The position numbers and the translations under genes were made by a program. This document shows positions 11,033 to 18,610 of a stretch of DNA of 64,000 nucleotides, piece by piece. The stretch comes from Sedimentisphaeraceae bacterium JB056 (GTDB lineage Bacteria > Planctomycetota > Phycisphaerae > Sedimentisphaerales > Sedimentisphaeraceae). The notes under the pieces were generated by a model. The model made no database searches, was not told the DNA's origin, and saw only the letters and a list, made by a program, of their open reading frames with translations. Numbering within the stretch: the first letter of the stretch is position 1; each line of letters starts with the position of its first letter. The DNA lies in contig JBITAJ010000004.1 of the NCBI GenBank assembly GCA_044440125.1, positions 128,001 to 192,000 of the forward strand. The letters are read 5' to 3'.

Positions 11033-11488
11033 TTGAAGATTGAACTTAACCTCAAACATAAACTTAAAGAAATATTCACTTCTCAGAAGCTGGGAATTCT
11101 TGCGACCGAAAATAATAGGGTTCCCTATACAAGCGTTGTTGCTTTTGTATGCTCTCAAGATATGAAGCAAATACTGTTTGTTACGCCTGAAAAGACCCAG
11201 AAATTTAAAAACATAATCGCTAATCCAAATGTTGCGATATTTTTTGATAATCGTTCAAATCAAGCCAGAGACTTCAAAGAGGCTATTGGAATTACGGCCA
11301 CTGGTCTTGCAAGACAGATTTCTAAGGATAGCTCGAATATACTTGTTCAAGCTTATTTGACGAAGAATCCAGAGCTTGAATCTTTTTTAGCATCAAAAGA
11401 TTCAGTCATATTGTGTATTGATGTCAATTCATATCATATTGTCGAAAATTTTCAGGATGTTACAAAAATCAATATCAAGTCGGAATGA
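11033..11488 (+). CDS. Pyridoxamine 5'-phosphate oxidase-like FMN-binding protein
   Basis: GILAT...PYTSVVAF...T.KFKNIIANPNVA split-barrel pattern; AT-rich. Confidence 0.8.
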   Translation: MKIELNLKHKLKEIFTSQKLGILATENNRVPYTSVVAFVCSQDMKQILFVTPEKTQKFKNIIANPNVAIFFDNRSNQARDFKEAIGITATGLARQISKDSSNILVQAYLTKNPELESFLASKDSVILCIDVNSYHIVENFQDVTKINIKSE

Positions 11489-11526
11489 TTGGTTCAGAAT
11501 ATTACTTGATTTCAAGTATTTGGATG

Positions 11527-12330
11527 TCAGGTGTATTTTTTGTCGATCAGTCTCTCATCCTTTTTGATATTGTCTATTTTTTTCATATCCTCACAGCTTA
11601 ACTCCCAATCGAGTTCCATATTCTCTCTGAGGTGTTTCTCACTGGAAGCCTTGGGTATAACTATATGCCCGTTCTGAATGAGCCATTTCAGGCTCACCTG
11701 CGAGGGCGTTTTCGAATGTTTTTCCGCTATCTCTTTGAGAGTTTCGTCCTCGAACACCTCGCCGCGTGCCAGCGGGCTGTATGCGGTTATGGCTATGCCT
11801 TGCTCTTTGCAGTATTGCGGCAGTTCGTGCCGATTTGTGAATGGATGGAATTCTATCTGCAGGTTGCAGATGGGGATTTGTGCCGCTTCCTGAGCCTTCT
11901 TTATGCGGCTCACATCGAAATTACTCAGCCCACAGCTCCTGATCATCTTTTTATCGACAAGCTCTTCCATCGCCTGCATTGTTTCCTCAATCGGAATATC
12001 GTCATTTGGCCAGTGCACAAGATAAAGGTCAAGATAATCGGTGCCAAGCTTATCCAGCGATCTCTGGCAGGCTTCGATCACATCATTCTTCTTAAGGTGG
12101 GACTTGGCGACCTTGGAAGTAATGAATATCTTCGACCTATCAGCGCCCTTTATGCCCTCGCCAACTTCTTGCTCGTTTTCGTACATCTCCGCGGTATCGA
12201 TATGAATATAGCCCATTTCCAACGCCTGTGCAACTGTCTTCTCGCAATCTTTGCCGGTCAGTTTCCATGTCCCAAGCCCTAATACAGGCATTTCGTATCC
12301 GCTTTTGAGTTTGAGTTTCCGTTCGGTCAT
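11527..12330 (-). CDS. Aldo/keto reductase (DkgA/B-like)
   Basis: LGLGTW, IDTAEMY, ITSK, LDLYLVHWP, GLSNF, AYSPLARG, IPKAS motifs. Confidence 0.93.
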   Translation of the reverse strand: MTERKLKLKSGYEMPVLGLGTWKLTGKDCEKTVAQALEMGYIHIDTAEMYENEQEVGEGIKGADRSKIFITSKVAKSHLKKNDVIEACQRSLDKLGTDYLDLYLVHWPNDDIPIEETMQAMEELVDKKMIRSCGLSNFDVSRIKKAQEAAQIPICNLQIEFHPFTNRHELPQYCKEQGIAITAYSPLARGEVFEDETLKEIAEKHSKTPSQVSLKWLIQNGHIVIPKASSEKHLRENMELDWELSCEDMKKIDNIKKDERLIDKKYT

Positions 12331-12541
12331 AATAAATACCTTTCTTATGTTGATTGATTCTTATTGCACCTTCTACTTTACAATAATCATCAGCTCATAT
12401 ATATAGGTATTTTCCTTATTTGAGCTTAAGCGATTACTTAAAACTCTTACGATAAGTTAAAAGGGAACTGGGACTAATGAATTCAATAAGCGGAATAACA
12501 CTGCACGCAAATACACAACAAGTGTTGTTTAATTGACATAT

Positions 12542-12658
12542 CATAAAAACGGCACGCTCACAAGAGCCCTAATGCCCGGCCTGCTCCACCTGAACAAAGA
12601 AGCCTATAAAGCATGGGCCCAGGCTATGGAACCAACAATCGAAAAACTAATGGAATAG
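12542..12658 (+). pseudogene. Orphan 3'-end fragment of an SGNH hydrolase, paralogous to 10810-10926
   Basis: Translates [38 protein letters not shown], versus [38 protein letters not shown]; by hand 25/38 aa and 87/117 nt identical; not in the ORF track. Confidence 0.88.
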
Positions 12659-12678
12659 GTTGAAAATCAGAGAGTGCA

Positions 12679-13779
12679 CTATGCATTAATATACTTTGGT
12701 GGAATATTATTTAAGACATCCTTTTCTATGAGATTTCGCAACTGATAATGTTGTATAAATTTCATGTGCTGAAGCTGTCCAACTACCAGAGCCGGTGATA
12801 TTTTTGCCTGCTCAGAGTATTTTTTGACTTTGGTTGATGTTATCTTCTCGCCATTAAATTTTTTGAATATTTCTTCATTCTTTATTGCTCTTTGCGCAAA
12901 AAGATTCGCTTCTTCTTCCTGATTATTTGCGTACATATTTTCGCAATCTATAAAGAACGCTGACTTTTTTCTAAAGTGCAGCAAAATATGAGCTATCTCA
13001 TGAGCAACCGTAAACCAGAAATTATCACAGCGTTTATACCGACCGGTCCATACAATGACAGGATTATCTCCATCCCAAAATGCTGCACCATCAGTATATG
13101 TCTTTCCAAGATGGTTCAAAGTAAAGAATTTTACACCGGCATCATTCAGATCTTCAATAAATTGCTCTATCCCATTATCAAGCCAGGAATATTCGCTGAT
13201 TTTTTTTGATATCGCGATAAGTTTTTTCTTGCTGTATTCCGCTGCAGTATAATTTAGTGCTGTTTTTTTAGCTTGATGATACCACGTAAGAGCAAAATAC
13301 TGATTGTATTTACTGAAAGCTTCAGACTTCCTGAACGCAGGAGGACTCTGCGCTTCCATAAAAGAAAAGTCTAATTCAGTTATTCCCCAAAACCCCTTTA
13401 CACTATCAACAAGCCTATTGATATTATGGTTCCACTTATCTATCCAACCCTTTTTTACCATATCAGCAATTGGCATATAGGTATATATTTCAGCCTTTAT
13501 TTGCGCATCTGTTTTTTTTATCGGCACCTCTTCCTGCCGCAATATATAATTATTATACAGGTTAAGCCAGTATTGAGCAGATTGGTTAAATGCCTGCGAC
13601 AATAGTTTCGCCATCTCAATCGTTATTGGACGTGTATCATGAATAAGTCCACTAACGTGCGTCTGACTTACGCCTATAATGTTAGCCAGATCGCTTTTAG
13701 ACCAACCCCTTTCTTCAAGCTCTTCTTCAATGAAGAAGCCGGGACCAATATTTATGAATGGTTTATATTTTGAAGCCAT
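12679..13779 (-). CDS. higA: HigA-family antitoxin (Xre HTH) fused to an ImmA/IrrE-type metallopeptidase domain
   Basis: PGFFIEEELEERGWS..DLA...QSAQYWLNL HigA HTH; FWFTVAHEIAHILLH HExxH motif and EEEANLFA; ATG 13779 preferred over TTG 13797. Confidence 0.85.
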   Translation of the reverse strand: MASKYKPFINIGPGFFIEEELEERGWSKSDLANIIGVSQTHVSGLIHDTRPITIEMAKLLSQAFNQSAQYWLNLYNNYILRQEEVPIKKTDAQIKAEIYTYMPIADMVKKGWIDKWNHNINRLVDSVKGFWGITELDFSFMEAQSPPAFRKSEAFSKYNQYFALTWYHQAKKTALNYTAAEYSKKKLIAISKKISEYSWLDNGIEQFIEDLNDAGVKFFTLNHLGKTYTDGAAFWDGDNPVIVWTGRYKRCDNFWFTVAHEIAHILLHFRKKSAFFIDCENMYANNQEEEANLFAQRAIKNEEIFKKFNGEKITSTKVKKYSEQAKISPALVVGQLQHMKFIQHYQLRNLIEKDVLNNIPPKYINA

Positions 13780-13885
13780 ATTTGATGCGTCCGACAAAAG
13801 TAGTAAATCGTAATTTTAATAGGTATTTCAAGCTCAATAACAGCAGTTTTGAGCGGCAATACCGACTTTCGTCGTTTGTACCATA

Positions 13886-14188
13886 TTAAACTACCGTAAT
13901 GGTTTGATAATTCAAGTATATAAAATACACTTTTGTCTTGTTTCTGTCTTCCCATTCAATCCTGAATTCCAGCCGCCATTTTTTATCTACCCTGATTGAA
14001 TGTCTATTCTTGTTGCGTAATTCTTGAAAATGCAATGAATTGGTTTTAGTTAAATTAAAAATATCAACTGCCGCATCAATTTGCAATATTCGTGCAGCAA
14101 ACTTTTTTATTACAGCAGGTGGGTATTTTCTTGACTTCCCCGTCTGGTATAGCTCTAACAGATCCTTATTTTCAAAATCCCACTCCAC
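13886..14188 (-). CDS. higB: HigB/RelE-family toxin, probably frameshifted near the 3' end
   Basis: F...L..LY..G...K, SL.F..L, HSIRVDKKWRLEF; the expected C-terminus ILELSNHYG lies in a different frame. Confidence 0.75.
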   Translation of the reverse strand: MEWDFENKDLLELYQTGKSRKYPPAVIKKFAARILQIDAAVDIFNLTKTNSLHFQELRNKNRHSIRVDKKWRLEFRIEWEDRNKTKVYFIYLNYQTITVV

Positions 14189-14202
14189 TGTTACTCTTTC
14201 AA

Positions 14203-14255
14203 ATTATATCATCCCCAATAGATATTGTCAACATCGTTTTACTTTTTTAGTAAAA
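14203..14255 (-). promoter_or_regulatory. Consensus sigma70 promoter of higBA with an adjacent palindromic operator candidate
   Basis: Minus strand TTGACA (14231-14226), 17-bp spacer, TATAAT (14208-14203); TTTTACT-N5-AGTAAAA palindrome at 14237-14255. Confidence 0.8.
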
Positions 14256-14280
14256 TATGACAAGCAAAAAAAACAAACCG

Positions 14281-15027
14281 CTACACCCTTCTTCTTAATG
14301 CAAGTCCACCTAAACCTAATAGTGCTAAAGTTGCAGGTTCTGGAACTACGCCTATATTTCCATCTGAAAAATATTGATTGTAATTACTATCTAAACTAAC
14401 TCCATTAACTCCTGCTTCGTTTTGCATATATAATTGAAGGAAATAATCTCCTGAATTGTTTTCTAAAACACCATTATTATTTACAGCAATTCCTGCATCA
14501 ACTAAAGGATCAGATGAAATAAAAGTTGAAACAATAGCATAATCTCCTTGTGTTGCAACTTTGAAAGTAAATCCTGGAATTAATCCATTATTAACTATTT
14601 CAACTGCACTTCCTGAAGTTCCTTGCGCATTCCAACCACAAGATTGATCTAATGTTCCATCAGAAGAAATAACTGAAGTATAAGCATTTGATATTCCTGC
14701 ATTATTTAAAATATCAGTTAAAGCACTAAAAGTATAATCTTGATTTAATAAAAAACTATCTCTGGTAAAATTACTATCGTTTACATTCATATATTCTATG
14801 ATGCAAATATTTCCATCTTCATCGATTTTATTGTCAACTCTAATGCTATATGTGCCATTATCACAAGTAACTATTTCACTTCTTCCAATATCGTTATATT
14901 CAATTCCATCAATATATCCACCTTTAAGAGCAGGATTAAGTAATAGCAAAACACCTGCAAGGACAGCCGTTTTGCTGAAAGTAGATGCCGCGATGCTTGT
15001 AAAAACAGCGAGTAAATTACCCCTCAT
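14281..15027 (-). CDS. PEP-CTERM sorting domain protein
   Basis: N-terminal hydrophobic signal; C-terminal VPEPATLALLGLGGLALRRRV. Confidence 0.9.
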   Translation of the reverse strand: MRGNLLAVFTSIAASTFSKTAVLAGVLLLLNPALKGGYIDGIEYNDIGRSEIVTCDNGTYSIRVDNKIDEDGNICIIEYMNVNDSNFTRDSFLLNQDYTFSALTDILNNAGISNAYTSVISSDGTLDQSCGWNAQGTSGSAVEIVNNGLIPGFTFKVATQGDYAIVSTFISSDPLVDAGIAVNNNGVLENNSGDYFLQLYMQNEAGVNGVSLDSNYNQYFSDGNIGVVPEPATLALLGLGGLALRRRV

Positions 15028-15196
15028 ACCAATACCTTTCGTTTTACCAATAAAAAGAGAACATTTAGTTTATCTTTACAATATAGATAATCATCATGCA
15101 ATGTCAAATTGATAATCAGGAATTACGGGAATTACGTGTTATCTGCAAACCGGCTAAAGAATAAAATACCGGCAAATATAAATTTGGGAGTTAGCA

Positions 15197-15221
15197 GAAC
15201 GCTGAGGACAGCGTTCCCTAC
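15197..15221 (-). repeat. GTAG-type REP-like palindrome
   Basis: Minus strand GTAGG-GAACGCTG-TCCT-CAGCGTTC: GTAG tetranucleotide followed by a perfect 8-bp stem. Confidence 0.6.
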
Positions 15222-15421
15222 AAGCGAATCCCTTTGCGGCGGTTGCGGCTTTGCGTTAAAAATTATCAATTGAGTGCCTCTTTTTAGATTATTCTTTCCA
15301 AAAACGTGTTTTTTTTGTAATATATCGCTTTTAACAATTTGCGGGCACTGAATTTCTTAAACCCGCTCAAATATGATAATTACAGATAATTTTGGATTTA
15401 TTCTTTCAGGAGATAAATTAG

Positions 15422-17155
15422 ATGAGATACTCACAGGCATTAATACCTACGACCCGCGAAGTACCTAACGATGCGGAGATACCGAGCCATCAACTGATGA
15501 TTCGCGCGGGGCTTATCCGCAAGCTTGCCAGCGGCACATACACCTATCTGCCCGCAGGCCTTAAGACGCTGCAAAAGATACAGACAATCATCCGCGAAGA
15601 GATGAATGCTTCCGGCGCACAGGAACTTATGCTTCCAAGCGTCCAGCCGATGGAGCTTTGGCAGCAGACAGGCCGTGATGAAGCTTACGGCGAGACAATG
15701 GCACGCTTCAAAGACCGTCACGGCAGACTCAACGTTCTCGCCCCGACAGCCGAAGAAGTAATCACATTCGTAGGTGCAAATGAGATAAGCTCTTACAAGC
15801 AGTTGCCTGTAAACCTTTACCAGATAAGCTTTAAGTTCCGTGACGAGTTCAGGCCGCGTTTCGGCGTACTGAGAAGCCGTGAATTCCTCATGAAAGATGC
15901 CTACAGCTTCCATACAAGCCCTGAAAGTCTTCAGGAAACATACGAAGTAATGTACGATGCCTACAAACGCATATTCGAGCGTTGCGGCGTGCCTTACGTT
16001 ATCGTTGAGGCAGAGGCGGGCGAAATGGGCGGCAGCGGCTCACACCAGTTCACAGTGCCATGCGAATCCGGCGAAGACATCATCGTCTACACTGAAGACA
16101 GCGAATACGCCGCAAATATCGAAAAAGCCGCAGTTGATCCGCTCAAGAAAGCATGTTGCGGATGCGAAGTACCGCCGTGCAGCGAAGTACACACACCAAA
16201 CGTCGGCTCTATTGAATCAGTATGCGAGCTTTTGGGTACAAAGCCCGAAGAAATGATAAAGACACTCATCTATCAGATGTCTGACGAAAGAGTAGTTGTT
16301 GCTGTTCTCAGGGGTGACCATGAGATCAATGATGAGAAGATCACGCAGGCTCTTGGCGGCGAAAAACCCGAACTTGCGGAAGAAAACGTAATAACCGACA
16401 TCACAGAAGCCGCCGTAGGATTTGCCGGCCCTATGGGACTTGCAGAAAAGGTAGCAACTGTATTTATCGACCACGCTGTTGCGGCAATGTGCAAAGGCAT
16501 ATGCGGAGCCAACAAAACAGACTACCATATCAAAGATGTTGCACCAGGCAGAGACTTCCCGCTTGAAGGTGAAAATATCGTCGTTACAGACATCAGAAAT
16601 GCGGTTGAAGGCGACACATTGAACGGTAAGAAGCTGCTGTTCAGACGCGGTATTGAGGTAGGCCAAGTGTTCAAACTCGGCACAAAATACAGCTCAAAGC
16701 TTGATTGCGGATTCCTTGACGAAAACGGCAAACGTCAGGTATGCCTGATGGGCTGCTACGGAATCGGCGTAAACAGGATCATGGCCTCTGCAATCGAAAC
16801 AAGCTACGATGATGGCGGAATAATCTGGCCGATAAATATTGCTCCTTACGAAGTAGTAATCGCCCCTATCGGCAAGGATGATGAGACAGCGGCAGGCGAA
16901 GAGCTCTACAAGAAGCTGACCGCCGCCGGCATAGACTGCCTGCTTGACGACAGAAAAGCCAGAGCCGGCGTCAAACTCAACGATGCCGACCTGATAGGCG
17001 TACCGGTTAGAGTAACCATAGGCAAGAGAGCACTGGCAAACGGAAACGTAGAGATGAAACTCAGAAGAGAGGCTGACAACCGCGAAATACCTGTTGCTGA
17101 TGCCGCAGAAGAGATCATCAAGGCCGTTGAAGCTCTCAAAGCAGAGTTAAAATAA
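15422..17155 (+). CDS. proS: Proline--tRNA ligase (bacterial type with INS editing domain)
   Basis: SHQLMIRAG, FRDEFRPRFGVLRSREFLMKDAYSFH, GIEVGQVFKLG, MGCYGIGVNR. Confidence 0.98.
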   Translation: MRYSQALIPTTREVPNDAEIPSHQLMIRAGLIRKLASGTYTYLPAGLKTLQKIQTIIREEMNASGAQELMLPSVQPMELWQQTGRDEAYGETMARFKDRHGRLNVLAPTAEEVITFVGANEISSYKQLPVNLYQISFKFRDEFRPRFGVLRSREFLMKDAYSFHTSPESLQETYEVMYDAYKRIFERCGVPYVIVEAEAGEMGGSGSHQFTVPCESGEDIIVYTEDSEYAANIEKAAVDPLKKACCGCEVPPCSEVHTPNVGSIESVCELLGTKPEEMIKTLIYQMSDERVVVAVLRGDHEINDEKITQALGGEKPELAEENVITDITEAAVGFAGPMGLAEKVATVFIDHAVAAMCKGICGANKTDYHIKDVAPGRDFPLEGENIVVTDIRNAVEGDTLNGKKLLFRRGIEVGQVFKLGTKYSSKLDCGFLDENGKRQVCLMGCYGIGVNRIMASAIETSYDDGGIIWPINIAPYEVVIAPIGKDDETAAGEELYKKLTAAGIDCLLDDRKARAGVKLNDADLIGVPVRVTIGKRALANGNVEMKLRREADNREIPVADAAEEIIKAVEALKAELK

Positions 17156-17216
17156 TTGAGGTGTTGGCTAACGCTCTCGATTTTTACGGCTCACACCAAA
17201 AGTAAGCTGATAACAG

Positions 17217-18368
17217 ATGCGTAAGATAATAATAGTTGTTGATACTGCCCGCGGGTGGGGACGCCAGTTCTTACACGGCGTCGAAAAATATATGAGTACA
17301 AGAGGCGACTGGGTCGTCCGTATTCAGCCCCCGGGCTATATCAACACAACAAGCCGCGAAAACAGTTCATGGCTTGCTCTGCACGATGCGGACGGCATAA
17401 TCGCCGGTGATATCAGATTTATCAGCGAGGCAATGCGTCTCAACATACCCAAAATCCTCCATGATGCCAGATGCGACAAAATACCAGGCGCATCAACGAT
17501 GTACACCGATTCAATAAGTACGGGGAAAATGGCGGCTGAATATTTTTTCAGTCTCGGCTTCAAAAACTACGCTTATTGCGGTTTTGAGGGGCTGGTATGG
17601 TCGCAAAAGAGGCTCAAAGGCTACAAATCGCAATTAGGTGAGTGGGGAATAACCGAGGTTCATGACTACAATCAATGGAAACCGTCCGGAGCAGGCCTTG
17701 ACACCGAACGCTGGAACATATCAGAGTGGCTCAAAACGCTCCCAAAACCGGTTTGCGTATTCGCCTGCAACGATGACAGAGGCATAAACGTACTCGAAGC
17801 ATGCCAGATAGCAGGCATAAAAGTGCCGGAAGAGGTAGCTGTTCTGGGAGTAGATAATGACGAGCTTATGTGCGACATATCCTTCCCGCCGCTCTCGAGC
17901 ATCGAACTGAATTTCAGGAAAGCAGGCTTCAATGCGGCCAAACTCCTCGATGAGATAATAGATAACGGAAACATCGGAAGAGATATAATCGTACCTCCAA
18001 TCTCACTTATAGAACGGCAGTCAAGCGATGTATTGGCCATAGAAGACGAAAATGTAATCAAAGCCCTCGTATTCATAAGGCAGAATTTCCAGGAAGCCAT
18101 ACAGGTCAGCGATGTAGTTGAAAAAACAACCTCCTCCAGACGTGATCTCGAAATCAAATTCAAAAAGATGCTTAAAAGATCTATAAAAGACGAAATACTG
18201 AGGCTGAGAATAGACTCACTGAAAAAACGGCTTGTCAGCACCAACGAGCCGCTCTATGCAATAGCAAACTCATTGAAATACACAGATCCTGAGCATTTTT
18301 CAAGATTTTTCAAGTCCGCGGCAGGCATAAGTCCAAGTAAATACAGGTCAAAACTCGGCGTACAATAG
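17217..18368 (+). CDS. XylR-type transcriptional regulator, likely linked to the downstream mannosidase
   Basis: FACNDDRG, VPEEVAVLGVDND, RQSSD, C-terminal AraC HTH; same architecture as 7595-8737. Confidence 0.9.
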   Translation: MRKIIIVVDTARGWGRQFLHGVEKYMSTRGDWVVRIQPPGYINTTSRENSSWLALHDADGIIAGDIRFISEAMRLNIPKILHDARCDKIPGASTMYTDSISTGKMAAEYFFSLGFKNYAYCGFEGLVWSQKRLKGYKSQLGEWGITEVHDYNQWKPSGAGLDTERWNISEWLKTLPKPVCVFACNDDRGINVLEACQIAGIKVPEEVAVLGVDNDELMCDISFPPLSSIELNFRKAGFNAAKLLDEIIDNGNIGRDIIVPPISLIERQSSDVLAIEDENVIKALVFIRQNFQEAIQVSDVVEKTTSSRRDLEIKFKKMLKRSIKDEILRLRIDSLKKRLVSTNEPLYAIANSLKYTDPEHFSRFFKSAAGISPSKYRSKLGVQ

Positions 18369-18610
18369 GCCTTAAAGTATATAAGTTGTAAAAACAATTG
18401 TCCAAAATTGTCTTTTTTTGTTTATTTATCATTGAAAAATAGTCATTTTCTGATATAAGAACAGGTTATCCTCCAGCATTGAAATTTTATTTTAATACGT
18501 AACAAACGTACAAAATTAATTCCAATTTCACATATCAATTCTGGATTAGGTTTGTAAAAATTTTAGGCCGGTACAATAAGAGATTGTACCTTTTAGATTT
18601 AGGATAAATT

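Noticed and set aside
11632..12282. 216-aa plus-strand ORF and similar long antisense ORFs (e.g. 25132-25941, 31146-31856, 34598-35308, 49702-50313, 52791-53528)
   Set aside because: They lie antisense to well-supported genes and show no recognisable motifs; treated as shadow ORFs.
12542..12658. Diversity-generating retroelement template/variable repeat pair with 10810-10926
   Set aside because: Mismatches are not confined to adenines (e.g. ACC/ACG, CTC/CTG, CAT/CAC) and many are synonymous; no reverse transcriptase in the window.
13752..13955. Independent 67-aa gene
   Set aside because: Overlaps both higB and higA; best explained as the out-of-frame C-terminus of higB.
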